Part shown: piece by piece, positions 10,644-21,575 of the stretch
How positions within the stretch are numbered: position 1 is the stretch's first letter
Layout: the number at the start of each line of letters is the position of its first letter
Assembly: GCA_965262115.1 (NCBI GenBank)
Contig: OZ253496.1
Location: forward strand, 1,248,001 to 1,312,000
Direction: 5' to 3'
Source: Nitrospinales bacterium
GTDB lineage: Bacteria; Nitrospinota; Nitrospinia; Nitrospinales; VA-1
Length of the DNA stretch: 64,000 bases
Position numbers and translations under genes: made by a program
The notes under the pieces: model-generated
Seen by the model: only the letters and a program-made list of their open reading frames with translations
Databases searched by the model: none
Told to the model about the DNA's origin: nothing

Positions 10644-11945
10644 TTAATTATTGATAAATTCTGCAGGATTGGTAATGTGCCCGGTCAGAGCAGAAGCCGC
10701 TGCCGTATAAGGCGAAGCCAGATAAACATGCGCCTGCTTGGAACCCATGCGTCCGGGAAAGTTCCGGTTGGTGGTCGAGATCACCACCTGATTGTCCTTG
10801 GCCCGACCGAAGGTGTCTTTGGGTCCGCCCAGACACGCTGCGCAGGAGGGGTCGCCCAGGTAGGCCCCGGCATTTTTGAAAATGTCTATCAGCGTTTCAC
10901 CGTCCATTTTTTCCTTGTGTAAATCCTGCTCAACTTCACGGGTCGCGGGTACGATGAAAGTATCAATCTTTACTTTCTTGCCTTTCATGAGCCGGGCCGC
11001 CGCCATGAAATCGGTGAGCTTGCCACCAGTACAAGACCCTATATAAGCCCGGTCGAGTTTCACATCGACACAATCGCTGACCTTGGCCTTGTTGTCAGGA
11101 GAATGCGGCTTGGCCACAATCGGTTCCATCTCGCTGGCATTGTAGGTTTTTTTGAAGAAATACTGCGCGTCGGTATCAGACTTATAAATTTTGTAAGGCG
11201 CATCCGTTCTCTGCCGAACATAGTCGAGAGTCACATCATCGGCTTCGATGATGCCATTTTTCCCGCCTGCTTCAATCGCCATATTGCACAGAGTCATGCG
11301 CTCTTCCATCGAGAGGCTCATGACCGCGTCACCTCTCCATTCCATCGCCCGATAGGTCGCGCCATCCACCCCGATGTCGCCAATAACATTGAGAATCACA
11401 TCCTTAGCCATGACATGTTCGGGAAATGTGCCGGTAAATTCAAAGCACATCGTCTCCGGAACCTTGACCCAGAGCTTGCCGGTACCCAGAATAAACGCCG
11501 CATCGGTATTACCGATGCCAGTGGAAAACATGCCAAACGCACCGGAGGTGCTGGTATGGGAATCCGTACCAAACAACACTTCGCCGGGCCGGTTAAAACC
11601 TTCCTGGGCCAGAGCGAGATGGCACACGCCTTTATAATTATCCGTCCCAACATCATAATAATGCGGCAGGGACTGCTCCTTCACAAACTGGCGAAGGATG
11701 TCTATATTTCTGTTGGCATGGGTGTCTTTGGTAAAGATAAAATGATCGGGAATGATCACCACCTTATCCCGGTCCCATACTTTGGCATTTTCGCCAAACT
11801 GCTTTTTAAAAATCGCGAAAGTACCCGGACCGCAAACGTCGTGCGTCATCAACACATCCACATCCACCCAGATATTGTCGCCGGGCCGAACAGACTCTTT
11901 ATCCGCATGCGCAGCCAAAATCTTTTCTGTAATCGTCATTTCCAT
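10644..11945 (-). CDS. leuC: 3-isopropylmalate dehydratase large subunit (homoaconitase-like type)
   Basis: MTITEKILA, GTDSHT, IGSCTGG, SCAACLG, STTNRNFPGRMG. Confidence 0.93.
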   Translation of the reverse strand: MEMTITEKILAAHADKESVRPGDNIWVDVDVLMTHDVCGPGTFAIFKKQFGENAKVWDRDKVVIIPDHFIFTKDTHANRNIDILRQFVKEQSLPHYYDVGTDNYKGVCHLALAQEGFNRPGEVLFGTDSHTSTSGAFGMFSTGIGNTDAAFILGTGKLWVKVPETMCFEFTGTFPEHVMAKDVILNVIGDIGVDGATYRAMEWRGDAVMSLSMEERMTLCNMAIEAGGKNGIIEADDVTLDYVRQRTDAPYKIYKSDTDAQYFFKKTYNASEMEPIVAKPHSPDNKAKVSDCVDVKLDRAYIGSCTGGKLTDFMAAARLMKGKKVKIDTFIVPATREVEQDLHKEKMDGETLIDIFKNAGAYLGDPSCAACLGGPKDTFGRAKDNQVVISTTNRNFPGRMGSKQAHVYLASPYTAAASALTGHITNPAEFINN

Positions 11946-12421
11946 CAAACAAGTTCCTCCAAAGCGGAAATAGCTCCGCAAGGTGCTTCAGTTTTTCTTT
12001 TAAACTTCCGCAAAGGCTATGAATAGGTAAGATACCATTGAAAACGACCAAACCATATAAAATTTTTATTTCACGGTTTTTTGTGCGTAAAATGAATCTA
12101 TACAGGCCTCAACAAGCCGCCTGGACAACCCCTTCGCGGGAAACCAAATGATCGGACTCATCAAAGAAATCCTCGACCGAATACGCATAAAATTCCACTG
12201 TGGCACCTGCAGTTTGTAGATGATCGATCAGGTCCCTTCAGGCACCGAACCCGCAAAACCCAAACCTGCCAGTTTGCCAGACCCCCTACTGGTAAAATAG
12301 GCCTTCGACAAAAAACAGCATTTATCCTGACCGCAGGTAAGTTTATTATAGCTCTTTAACTATCAACCGGTTATCATCGCTAGCTGAGCTTGTTTTCAAG
12401 GTCTAACCTTTTTAAATTGTC

Positions 12422-13876
12422 ATGACCGATTCCCAATCAAATAACCCGCAGATCATTATCGATAGACGCCCTCTATGGATCATACTTTTTGACCGTCTGC
12501 GCCGCTACTTTTTACTGGCCCTGTTTTTCGGTACTTTTGCCCTGTTGTTAGGACTGGAAGGCCCCAGCGACCTGTCACCGGAAGGCTATAAAGTTCTCTG
12601 CCTTTTTATTCTCTGTGTCTTTCTTTGGTCGACCAATCTCATTCCCCTGTCGATCACCAGCCTGATGGCCATCGCCGCAGTTCCGCTACTGGGAATCATG
12701 GAAGCCACCCAGGCTTACAGTTATTTTGGTAACAAAGCGGTTTTCTTTATACTGGGGGTCTTCATTCTGTCAGCGGCAATGATCGCCTGTGGACTCAGCA
12801 CCCGCATTTCCATCTGGGTCATGGAACACTGGAGCGACACACCCGGGCGACTGGTCACCTCTACCTATTGCTTTGCAGCAATCAGCTCGTGTTTCATGTC
12901 CGAGCACGCGGTGGCCGTCATATTATTTCCAATCATCCATGAAATCGTGCAGTCCTTGAATTTAAAACGCGACAATTCCGTCTTTGGCAAGTCTCTGTAC
13001 TTTGCCATGGCATGGGGATGCATCATCGGTGGGTCCATGACTGTGCTTGGCGGGGGACGCGTGCCGCTCGGCGTAGAGATGCTGGAAAAAGCCACCGCCG
13101 GACAACAAACCCTTGGCATTCTGCAATACACCCGGTTGAGTTTCCCGCTGGTGCTACTCCTCTTCGCAGTTGGGTGGGCGGCCTTGAAAATTTTGTTTCC
13201 CCCGGACATTCAGAACATCGATCAAGCGCGAAAAGCGCTGAAGCAAAAAGCTGTGGTCATGGGGAAGTTGACCTTTCAGGAAAAGGGCATCGCCCTGGTC
13301 ATGGGAGCCACACTTTTTTGCTGGTTTGGCTATGGCGACCAGTTGGGCATCGCCAACATCGCCATCATTTCCATCGTCCTGTTGTTCGTGTTCAACCTCA
13401 TCACCTGGAAAATGGTAGAAGGCCATATAAACTGGGCCATTGTCCTGATGTATGGAGGCGCCATCTGCTTGGGAGAAGTCATGTCGGAATCGGGAGCGGC
13501 CCTATGGCTGGCTGAACAACTATTTTCGGGACGGGTTGAATCGGGCACCGTTTTCCTTTTGGTCATCGCGTTGTTGTCAACCCTATTCACCACTTTCATG
13601 AGCAATTCAGCGGTCATCGCCATCCTTCTGCCCACGGCTATCAGCATGAGTCCGGCCTACGGCATTAATCCAGCGCTGGCCACCATGACGGTGATCCTGC
13701 CCAGCAACTTTGCCTTCATTTTACCGATCGCCACCCCCGCTTCGGCGCTGGCATATTCTTCAAGGTTTCTGACTTTGAGGGAAATGATCTGGTCAGGAAG
13801 TATCCTCAGCTTGCTGGGCATGGCTTTCTATCTGCTACTTCTCATGTTCTACTGGCCGATGGTCGGTTTTCAGTAA
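12422..13876 (+). CDS. SLC13/DASS family sodium-coupled anion symporter
   Basis: Many TM segments; FMSEHA and FMSNSA (SNT-like) motifs, FILPIATP. Confidence 0.9.
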   Translation: MTDSQSNNPQIIIDRRPLWIILFDRLRRYFLLALFFGTFALLLGLEGPSDLSPEGYKVLCLFILCVFLWSTNLIPLSITSLMAIAAVPLLGIMEATQAYSYFGNKAVFFILGVFILSAAMIACGLSTRISIWVMEHWSDTPGRLVTSTYCFAAISSCFMSEHAVAVILFPIIHEIVQSLNLKRDNSVFGKSLYFAMAWGCIIGGSMTVLGGGRVPLGVEMLEKATAGQQTLGILQYTRLSFPLVLLLFAVGWAALKILFPPDIQNIDQARKALKQKAVVMGKLTFQEKGIALVMGATLFCWFGYGDQLGIANIAIISIVLLFVFNLITWKMVEGHINWAIVLMYGGAICLGEVMSESGAALWLAEQLFSGRVESGTVFLLVIALLSTLFTTFMSNSAVIAILLPTAISMSPAYGINPALATMTVILPSNFAFILPIATPASALAYSSRFLTLREMIWSGSILSLLGMAFYLLLLMFYWPMVGFQ

Positions 13877-13884
13877 TCACGCCG

Positions 13885-14223
13885 ATGCCTTCCGTCCAAC
13901 AACTGCAAGCGATTGAGCTGAAAAAGAAGCTGGATAACGGCGAAGACATTTTTCTGCTCGATGTGCGAGAACCTTGGGAGTTCTCCCTCGCCGCCATTGA
14001 TGGATCGGAAAATTTTCCTCTGGCCGAGGTCATTGACCGACAGCAGGAATTTATCTTTGAAGAAGCAATTGTGGTGATCTGCCACTATGGCGAGCGTTCG
14101 CAAAGAGCCGCCAGCGAATTGATCGAAAGCGGATTCAAAACTGCCCACAACCTGGTCGGCGGCATCGATGCATGGTCACAGGTGGTCGACCCAACCGTGC
14201 CCCGCTACCGATCCTCAGGTTAG
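13885..14223 (+). CDS. Rhodanese-like domain protein
   Basis: LLDVREPWE, VICHYGERS, NLVGGIDAW...DPTVPRY. Confidence 0.93.
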   Translation: MPSVQQLQAIELKKKLDNGEDIFLLDVREPWEFSLAAIDGSENFPLAEVIDRQQEFIFEEAIVVICHYGERSQRAASELIESGFKTAHNLVGGIDAWSQVVDPTVPRYRSSG

Positions 14224-14352
14224 CCCCCACTCGGCGTGGGGCCGACTGGCAAGAGCCCGTAAAACCGAGAGCATCGTTGCTAGCGGTCGTGATATTCTTC
14301 CTTAACTTTCGTGCCCCGGAGGGGTAAAAAAAGCTATTGCAAGTTACCACCG
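14224..14352 (-). repeat. ~125-bp composite repeat (unit with the TACCC-N5-GGGCA module inserted)
   Basis: Reverse complement aligns over its whole length with 35945-36068. Confidence 0.85.
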
Positions 14353-15800
14353 GGCATTGCCCGGCGCATAATGTCGATGGGAGCGGGTTGGCCAGTCCAC
14401 AGCTCAAACTGGCGTGCCGCCTGATTGATGAACAACTCACTACCAGGAATAACCTTGCACCCGGCAGATTTGGCTTCGCGCAAAAGTTTTGTCTCTAGAG
14501 GATTATAAACTGAGTCGAACACCACCATGCCTTCTTTGAAATCTCTGGCCAAAAACGGGGTTTCGTTGATGTTCGGACTCATACCGACCGGCGAACAATT
14601 GATCAACACATCTATGGCACAGGTTCCCGCCTCACGCGCATGGATCAACTCGCAGTCCAACTCCTTTGCCAGGCTTTCGCCCTGTTCTTTATTTTTATTA
14701 TAGGTGACGGTCAACAGGCCGCCTTTTTCTTTCACGCCAAAACCGATGGCCTTGGCGGTTCCGCCGGAGCCGATGATGAGAACATTTTTACCCTGCAACG
14801 ATGTGCAGGCTTCAAGAGCTGAAATAGCACCGGAGCAATCAGTGTTATAGCCCACCCAGTCTATCCCTTCTTTCACCACCGTATTGACCGCGCCGATTTT
14901 TTTGGCCGTTTCATCGACCCTGTCCAATAGGGGCATGATCTGTTCCTTGCCCGGCATGGTGACACTCAGTCCGTTAAAGAAATCCTTAAAATCGTTGAAA
15001 AAATTTTCCACATTGTCGACCAGAAAAGAAACGTAAATGTCTAGAGAGGCCTTTTCCTGAAAAGCCCGGTTATGCACCAGATAGCCCAGGCTCTTCGATA
15101 CCGGATTGCCAATAACACCATAAATTTTAAAATCAGAACGCTCGGTGTTGACTCGGTAAATATCTTTGAGCGTTGTTGCGGGAATCTGACCCGGAGCACT
15201 TTCCTGTCCGCTTTCTAGACTGCCAAAGGTCAGGTATCCGCCAAAGAGAGGTGAAAGGATACGGCTGATTTCCCCGAGGTCACCCATGCAGAGTCCGATC
15301 AGTTTTTGCTTTTCCTGCCGGGCGCGTTTAAGCAGTTCAAACATTTTCAGGTTGTCACTAAGGTCTCGGGCGTAGGTGACGATCTTGATGATCTCTCCCG
15401 GCAGTTCGCGCATGGTTTCATAAAGCGGATTGAAATCTTCAGGCGTGTGCGAGAAGTCGTGATAAGAAATAATAATTTTTGAGGGGTCGCCTTCTTCCAG
15501 GAAGGGTTGCAAATATTCCCGGGGCGTGGAGACTTCAATATCCACATAATCGACTCCGGCATTCAGGGCATTGCGAAGCAACTGCACGCGGTCTTCCTCC
15601 GTCCCCTTAAATTGTCCGCCATCGTGTTTGGAACGGTTGGTGACAATGACCGGCAATTGGGCCGAATGGAGCAACGGGTTCAGGTCGGGAGTCTCTATCA
15701 AATCCAGACGCAGTTCCAGAATATCGGCGATCGCAGAGGCCAACGTGATCTGCTCGATGGCTTTGGACATGGAGGGGCCAACAATGGGGACACAAATCAT
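14334..15800 (-). CDS. aroDE: Bifunctional type I 3-dehydroquinate dehydratase / shikimate dehydrogenase
   Basis: ELRLD, ISYHDF, SAPGQ (AroD); GVIGNPVSKS, SVTMPGK, GAVNT, GYNTD, GSGGTA (AroE). Confidence 0.93.
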   Translation of the reverse strand: MICVPIVGPSMSKAIEQITLASAIADILELRLDLIETPDLNPLLHSAQLPVIVTNRSKHDGGQFKGTEEDRVQLLRNALNAGVDYVDIEVSTPREYLQPFLEEGDPSKIIISYHDFSHTPEDFNPLYETMRELPGEIIKIVTYARDLSDNLKMFELLKRARQEKQKLIGLCMGDLGEISRILSPLFGGYLTFGSLESGQESAPGQIPATTLKDIYRVNTERSDFKIYGVIGNPVSKSLGYLVHNRAFQEKASLDIYVSFLVDNVENFFNDFKDFFNGLSVTMPGKEQIMPLLDRVDETAKKIGAVNTVVKEGIDWVGYNTDCSGAISALEACTSLQGKNVLIIGSGGTAKAIGFGVKEKGGLLTVTYNKNKEQGESLAKELDCELIHAREAGTCAIDVLINCSPVGMSPNINETPFLARDFKEGMVVFDSVYNPLETKLLREAKSAGCKVIPGSELFINQAARQFELWTGQPAPIDIMRRAMPGGNLQ

Positions 15801-16067
15801 AGAGGAAACCGATAAAAAATATTCTCAAACCATAAGGAAGGATAGTACCACACCAACTCGGCGTGGGGCCAATATGCAATGGTATTATTTAAACAAGAAT
15901 AGAGTTATCTCGGCTGAAAAATTCTTTGCTATCGGCCGCACTGAATCGATTTCTTTAAAGGGGGACTTGACCCTCTTATCCCGAAATGATATTAAATACT
16001 CTCCTGACAAGAGAAGTATCATTAAAATTTATTGTCGTTGTCTATCGTTTAATTTGGAGATTAACCT

Positions 16068-16268
16068 ATGGAAGTCAATGAAATTAGAGTGGAGATCAGA
16101 AAACATCACGTGACTCCCGGGGTCAATGTACTGGATCTTGTCATTGACGCCGATGGGGAACAAATCCGCAGGCAAACCCAACATAAAGACGATGACAAAG
16201 CCTTCGAAAAATTCGTCAAAGATATCACCAAAGTCGCACAAGAACTCGCCAACGCCCGCATCGAATAA
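16068..16268 (+). CDS. Small hypothetical protein
   Basis: 66-aa ORF with a GGAG RBS. Confidence 0.7.
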   Translation: MEVNEIRVEIRKHHVTPGVNVLDLVIDADGEQIRRQTQHKDDDKAFEKFVKDITKVAQELANARIE

Positions 16269-16465
16269 TCCCTTAGCAAGGACGGGCAGATAGCAATAGC
16301 CCATTGAGCCTAAAGCATCTTTGCTAGCTGTATGTGATATTCTATCTAAACCTTCGTGAGCCTGTGATATCCCTTCCATAAATTTCATGCCCGGAACGGG
16401 TAGCAGAGGTAAAGACAAATAATAAGCATAACTCGCAGAATTCAACAGCAAAACCTTCTAGATTG

Positions 16466-16801
16466 CTTCACTCCGTTCGCAATGACGACTTATGCAAAAC
16501 TCTCCCCGACAAGGGGAAGTTATTAAAGTATTGCGCTTGAGGGCTTATTCTGCTTTACGGGCAATGCAGTGCTGGCCCCACGCCTAGCAGGGTGCTGAAA
16601 AACTCCCGAAGTTGTCATCATCGAGGAGCCGAAGGCGACGAAGGATATCGAAGTCCCTTATAAATCAAAAGACGGGATTCTTCACTCCGTTCGCAATGAC
16701 GACTTATGCAAAACTCTCCCCGACAAGGGGAAGTTATTAAAGTATTGCGCTTGAGGGCTTAGTCTGCTTTACGGGCAATGCAGTGCTGGCCCTCCGCCTA
16801 G
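16466..16801. repeat. 122-bp direct duplication (16466-16587 and 16680-16801) built from repeat modules
   Basis: Two copies differing at ~3 positions. Confidence 0.9.
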
Positions 16802-17850
16802 GAGGGGTTGGTGATTTTTAGTTTTTTGAGTTTTTCGACCAGGGTGGTGCGGTTGAGGTTCAACAAAGTTGCCGCCTTGTTTTTGACCCAACCGGTTTTT
16901 TCCAACGCTTCGATGAGAAGTTCCTTCTCGAAATCTTCCACCAGTTTTTTCAGGTTGATGCCTTCATCGGGGATGCCTACATGGAAGGATTGCTTGAGCG
17001 ACTGTTGCAAAATCTGAGCGGGATTCCCTTCCGGCTGAGATTTTTCGGCAAGAGGAGTCCACTTTTCTCTGGGGACTTCACCCAGAACTTTATCCGGCAA
17101 ATCTCTTGGGGTGATGGTAGAGCCAATGCTCAGCACAACCATGCGTTCAACGAAATTCGCCAACTCGCGAATGTTTCCCGGCCAGGAATAGTTCACCAGT
17201 ACGTTCATCGCTTCATCGCTAATGGTTTTAGGGCTGCCCGACCCATTGAACTGCGCAAGAAAATGCTGGGCCAAAAGCGGAATGTCTGTTTTCCGGTCGC
17301 GCAACGGGGGAAGGTTGAGGGGAATGATGTTGAGCCGGTAATACAGGTCTTCCCGGAACCGGCCTTCTTCAATCGCAACTTCCAGGTTCTGGTGCGTGGC
17401 GGTGATCACCCGGATGTCGATCGGCGTGGACTTGGTACTGCCAATGCGGTCGATCTCCCTTTCCGCCAGAACTCTTAATAACTTTACTTGCAAGGTCGGA
17501 GGCATGTCGCCGATTTCATCGAGAAAAACGGTTCCCTGATTCGCCAGTTCCAGCCGACCGATACGGATATTCACAGCGCCCGTGAACGAGCCTTTTTCAT
17601 AACCAAATAATTCACTCTCCAACAAGTCATGAGGAATAGCGGCACAGTTGACGGCAATGAAAGGTTTGGAGGCGCGCGGACTGTTGAAATGTAATGCCCG
17701 GGCAATCAGTTCCTTTCCCGTTCCACTTTCACCATAAATCATCACGGTGCTTTGCGAACCTGCGGCCCGGCCCACAATGTCAAAAACCTCGCGAATTTGT
17801 GGACTTTCACCAATAATGCTGAAACTGTCTGTGTCGAGTTTTATCTTCAT
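16798..17850 (-). CDS. Sigma-54-dependent transcriptional activator (AAA+ and Fis HTH, no sensory domain)
   Basis: [40 protein letters not shown]-terminal [12 protein letters not shown]. Confidence 0.93.
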   Translation of the reverse strand: MKIKLDTDSFSIIGESPQIREVFDIVGRAAGSQSTVMIYGESGTGKELIARALHFNSPRASKPFIAVNCAAIPHDLLESELFGYEKGSFTGAVNIRIGRLELANQGTVFLDEIGDMPPTLQVKLLRVLAEREIDRIGSTKSTPIDIRVITATHQNLEVAIEEGRFREDLYYRLNIIPLNLPPLRDRKTDIPLLAQHFLAQFNGSGSPKTISDEAMNVLVNYSWPGNIRELANFVERMVVLSIGSTITPRDLPDKVLGEVPREKWTPLAEKSQPEGNPAQILQQSLKQSFHVGIPDEGINLKKLVEDFEKELLIEALEKTGWVKNKAATLLNLNRTTLVEKLKKLKITNPS

Positions 17851-18012
17851 AACAGGCCCCATTATAACCAAAACAGAAAGACTATCAAATTTTTTAAGAG
17901 TTTGTGATGGTCTCGGTGAGAGCAAAAAACGTCAAACATTCAACATTAGCCCAAAAACTGTTGATTTTAAAAGAAACACAATATGATGGATAGTTTGACG
18001 TAGGCAGTCTGG

Positions 18013-18408
18013 CTACTGATTATACGGCACGACATTCTCGTGCTCATTGGGGTCGTTGCGTGAAACAATCGCCAGGGCCGGTTCACTGTCGGACAGGTTC
18101 ACCGGTTTATGCGGCACCCCGGGAGGGATGAAAACAAAGTCGCCTTCTTCGTTGATCACCGATTCTTGCAGGTTTTCACCAAACCGTGTTTCCACCCTGC
18201 CCTTCAGCAAATAAATCGCCGTTTCGAAATCTTGATGGTAATGCGCCTTGGGCGACCCGCCCGGAGGAATCACCACCAGGTTCATCGACAGCCCCACCGC
18301 CCCTACCGTTTCTGTGGAGATGCCGACATAATAAGGCAGGTTCTGTTTGGTCTCAATAGTTTGATCGGGACGCACGGTCACCACTTTTTTGCTTAAGTCC
18401 AGGCTCAT
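18013..18408 (-). CDS. Cupin domain protein
   Basis: AHYHQDFETAIY...GDFVFIPPGVPH. Confidence 0.88.
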   Translation of the reverse strand: MSLDLSKKVVTVRPDQTIETKQNLPYYVGISTETVGAVGLSMNLVVIPPGGSPKAHYHQDFETAIYLLKGRVETRFGENLQESVINEEGDFVFIPPGVPHKPVNLSDSEPALAIVSRNDPNEHENVVPYNQ

Positions 18409-18498
18409 GACACACCTCTTTGAAAAAGAAAAAATATTTAAGCAGCTGGATCGCCACGCCGCGTCGCGGCTCGCGATGACAGACAACGCAGAAGGGAA

Positions 18499-18822
18499 CT
18501 AAATCTCAATATAAAGACCGTCTTCTTCGATGGCAACTTTATAGGTGGGGGTGGTGTCGGAGCGGTTGAATTTGCAATATCCTTTTCTAATATTCCAGCC
18601 GCATTCCTCTTTACCGCAGAAAGCAAACATTCCCTTCAACACACCCAGTCCTAGACTGCCTTCGCAACAGCGACACTGGTCGGTGAGGCAATAAAATTTG
18701 CCTTCGACCTGAAACAACGCGAGAACGTAGTCAATCTCTGTATAAAGGTGCTTAAAATGAATTTGTTTGCCGGTCCCTTCTGGCGGAGCATCGTTGAGCT
18801 CTGAAACCTTGAGTTTAGACAT
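18499..18822 (-). CDS. Rieske-ferredoxin-like protein with atypical ligands
   Basis: ALFQVEGKFYCLTDQCRC...GSLGLG...CGKEECGWNIRKG...TYKVAIEEDGLYI follows the Rieske ferredoxin pattern but lacks the His ligands. Confidence 0.7.
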   Translation of the reverse strand: MSKLKVSELNDAPPEGTGKQIHFKHLYTEIDYVLALFQVEGKFYCLTDQCRCCEGSLGLGVLKGMFAFCGKEECGWNIRKGYCKFNRSDTTPTYKVAIEEDGLYIEI

Positions 18823-18824
18823 GA

Positions 18825-19097
18825 TCAGTCCTGAGGCAGGTATGGACCAAAACGGTCACGATAATATTTTTCCAGATCCCAGCGGAACCTTCCCTTCAGG
18901 TGAGGGAGGTCTTCGGCGACCTGGTGGTCAAACGCCACATAGTCCTGTGATTTTTTCTCGATGTCCTCTTCCCTTTTCACATTAGGGTCTAAATAGGAGT
19001 CGCCCAACGCCGAAGTCCCTACAATGAGTTTCTGGCCTTTTTTAATCCACTGGCCCAGCATGAGCCTTTCTTCATCTGTTCCTGGTTCTATTGCCAT
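18825..19097 (-). CDS. Hypothetical protein (90 aa)
   Basis: ATG with an AAGGAA RBS; stops 2 nt before the next gene. Confidence 0.75.
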   Translation of the reverse strand: MAIEPGTDEERLMLGQWIKKGQKLIVGTSALGDSYLDPNVKREEDIEKKSQDYVAFDHQVAEDLPHLKGRFRWDLEKYYRDRFGPYLPQD

Positions 19098-19149
19098 AAC
19101 AACATTTCCTTGGGGGAAAACAAAATCACGGGTCTTTTCAAACCTCCTC

Positions 19150-19561
19150 AATCCCCCTTGTCAGGGAGAGTTTTGCGTAACCCCGGATTACCCCTACGGG
19201 GCACAAAGTTTAGGGAAAAATATCACGTCTTCGTCACGTTGTTCCTCAGAATGACAAAATGGCCTTGCGCTGTCATTCTGAGGAACAACGTGACGAAGAA
19301 TCTGAGAAAAAGGGGGACAACCTGAAACCTTCTGGTTGTAACCCCAGCCCTCTCTGAAAAAGGCGGAAGCAGAAATCCCCCCTCCCTTCACAGGGAGGGG
19401 CCAGGGGAGGGTTGGATTATGAATTCCGTAAAAATAATCCACACCCCTCCGCGGCTACGCCTTGCCTCCCCTCATGAGAGGGGAGGATCAATGAGAATCT
19501 CAGGTTATGCAAAGCTCTCCTTGTCAGGGGGAGGTTTAAACACTGGCCCCACGCCGAGTGG
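19150..19561. repeat. Mosaic cluster of palindromic repeats
   Basis: TACCCCTACGGGGCA 19189-19203; inverted GTCATTCTGAGGAACAACGTGACGAAGA pair ~19228-19300; CCCTCCC/GGGAGGG hairpins 19377-19485; GGCCCCACGCCGAGTGG 19545-19561. Confidence 0.85.
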
Positions 19562-19657
19562 TTGCAATGTGAGTGGGCAATAAGGTAGCATAAGTACCGA
19601 TCCATTATCAATTTTGTCGTTAACACCGTTAATTTTTTAGAAAGTTAGAGGAGATTT

Positions 19658-20188
19658 ATGTCGTCAGAACAGCAAGCGGAAAAAACTGCGGAAGAACATT
19701 TTAATGATGGCCTGGCATTCAGCAAGCTGGGTGATGACCGCAGAACTTTCGAATCTTACAAGAAGGCTATTGAGCTCGATCCCAACCATTTTCTGGCCTA
19801 TTTCAATATTGGAATACGTTATGGAAAACTGCGGATGAACCTGGAGGCCGCGCAATACTTTCGCGAGGCGTTGCGTTTAAAACCCGAGGCTCCGATGGTT
19901 CATTACAGCCTGGCTGTGGTCAGCAATTTCATCGGCGAGATGGAAGAAGCCTTCAAGCATTATAAAGAAGCCCTTCGCATCAACCCAGATTTCGGCAGAG
20001 CCCACAGCAATATTGCCATGCTCTATTATGGAATTAAATCCGGTAAAGAAACCATTCATCATCTTACCAGGGCGGCGGAACTTTTTAAGGGGACGGGCGA
20101 TGAGTTTATGGAAAAAAATGCCCACGACCTCATTCAGGAATGCGGCAGGGAATTCAACCTGACCCCTGAAGACTGCCAAACTCTCTAA
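19658..20188 (+). CDS. Tetratricopeptide repeat protein
   Basis: Repeated A-Y/F-N-G...A...Y-KEAL-x-NP motifs. Confidence 0.9.
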   Translation: MSSEQQAEKTAEEHFNDGLAFSKLGDDRRTFESYKKAIELDPNHFLAYFNIGIRYGKLRMNLEAAQYFREALRLKPEAPMVHYSLAVVSNFIGEMEEAFKHYKEALRINPDFGRAHSNIAMLYYGIKSGKETIHHLTRAAELFKGTGDEFMEKNAHDLIQECGREFNLTPEDCQTL

Positions 20189-20195
20189 AATTTAT

Positions 20196-21572
20196 ATGGA
20201 TTTTGATGTCGCCATTATTGGCGGAGGTTCGGCAGGTTATTCCTCCGCTTCCACCGCCCAGTCGCTGGGAGCCCGGGTGGCCATTATTGATCCCGGCCCT
20301 TTGGGAGGCTTATGTATTCTCAAGGGATGCATGCCGACCAAAACCATCCTGCGTTCCTCCGACATCATGTCGTTGATGCGCCGGGCCAAGGAATTCGGCA
20401 TCCAGCCGGTTGACCCGCATGCCCACCTTTCTGACATCAACGACCGCAAAAATAAACTCATTAAAGAATTTGCCGATTATCGAATCGAACAACTGAAAGA
20501 CTCCCGGTTCACCCTCATTCAGGAACCGGCCCAGTTCATCTCGCCTCATGAAATCCGCGCCGGAGACCAAACCCTCAAATCGAAATTCTTCATCATCGCC
20601 ACCGGTTCGGTGGTGGCCGACTATCCGGTTCCGGGCCTTGAGGAAACCGGCTTCGTCATCAGCGATGATGTTTTAAAAATGCGAGAGGCACCCGAGTCGA
20701 TCATTGTTCTGGGTGCCGGGGCGGTGGCGGTGGAACTGGCCCAGTTTTTTTTGCGCATCGGCGTCAAGGTAACGCTCCTGCAAAGAAGTCCGCACATTTT
20801 ATCGAAAGGCGATGAAGATCTGGCGCGCCCGGTCGAAACCCGGTTTCGCGAAGAGGGAATGGATCTTTATACCCAAACAAAAATCCTCCGGGCGGAGAAG
20901 GAATCGGAAGGCTCTGCTATTTATTTCCAGCATGAAGGAAAAGAAAAACAAGTCCGTGCCCAGATCATCCTTCAGGCTTTGGGACGAAGACCCAATATAG
21001 ACGGACTCCAACTGGAGTCAGCAAGGGTCGAAGTCCAAAAAGGCCGCATTCCTGTCGACGCAAAAATGAAAACCAATCAACCGCATATTTTTGCTGTCGG
21101 TGACGTGAATGGAGTTCATGAAGTGGTGCATATCGCCATTCAGCAGGGGGAGGTGGCAGGTTTTAACGCCATGCATCCCAAAAGTGAGCGTGAGGTCGAT
21201 GACCGGCTCAAGGCCTCAGTGGTTTTCACCGACCCGGCAGTCGCCAGCGTGGGGTTGAGCGAAAAAGAATGTCAGGTCGGCAATATCGCTTATCTGGCGG
21301 CGTCCCATTCTTTTGACGATCACGGTAAGTCGATGTGCCTGGGAGAAACGCATGGCCATGCAAAATTACTCTGCGATCCTGTTTCGGGAGAAGTGTTGGG
21401 GGGACATATTGTCGGCCCGGAAGCGGGGGAACTGATTCACGAGATCATCACCCTCATGCATTTTCGCGGCACGGTAAAAGACCTTGCAGCAATACCGCAT
21501 TATCACCCTACCCTGGCAGAAATCCTGACCTATCCTGCTGAAGAACTGCTTGAACAATTACCCGACCATTGA
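20196..21572 (+). CDS. Pyridine nucleotide-disulfide oxidoreductase (dihydrolipoamide dehydrogenase/MerA family)
   Basis: GGGSAG, redox GGLCILKGCMPTK, GAGAVAVE, FAVGD, C-terminal YHPTLAE. Confidence 0.9.
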   Translation: MDFDVAIIGGGSAGYSSASTAQSLGARVAIIDPGPLGGLCILKGCMPTKTILRSSDIMSLMRRAKEFGIQPVDPHAHLSDINDRKNKLIKEFADYRIEQLKDSRFTLIQEPAQFISPHEIRAGDQTLKSKFFIIATGSVVADYPVPGLEETGFVISDDVLKMREAPESIIVLGAGAVAVELAQFFLRIGVKVTLLQRSPHILSKGDEDLARPVETRFREEGMDLYTQTKILRAEKESEGSAIYFQHEGKEKQVRAQIILQALGRRPNIDGLQLESARVEVQKGRIPVDAKMKTNQPHIFAVGDVNGVHEVVHIAIQQGEVAGFNAMHPKSEREVDDRLKASVVFTDPAVASVGLSEKECQVGNIAYLAASHSFDDHGKSMCLGETHGHAKLLCDPVSGEVLGGHIVGPEAGELIHEIITLMHFRGTVKDLAAIPHYHPTLAEILTYPAEELLEQLPDH

Positions 21573-21575
21573 CAA

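Noticed and set aside
11103..12026. Long antisense ORFs (e.g. 11103-12026, 41783-42688, 53887-54474)
   Set aside because: Shadow frames opposite well-supported genes
12090..12330. Possible small ORF or pseudogene between leuC and the DASS transporter
   Set aside because: Both strands give only stop-interrupted frames; I cannot assign a strand or family, and there is no Leu-rich attenuator peptide
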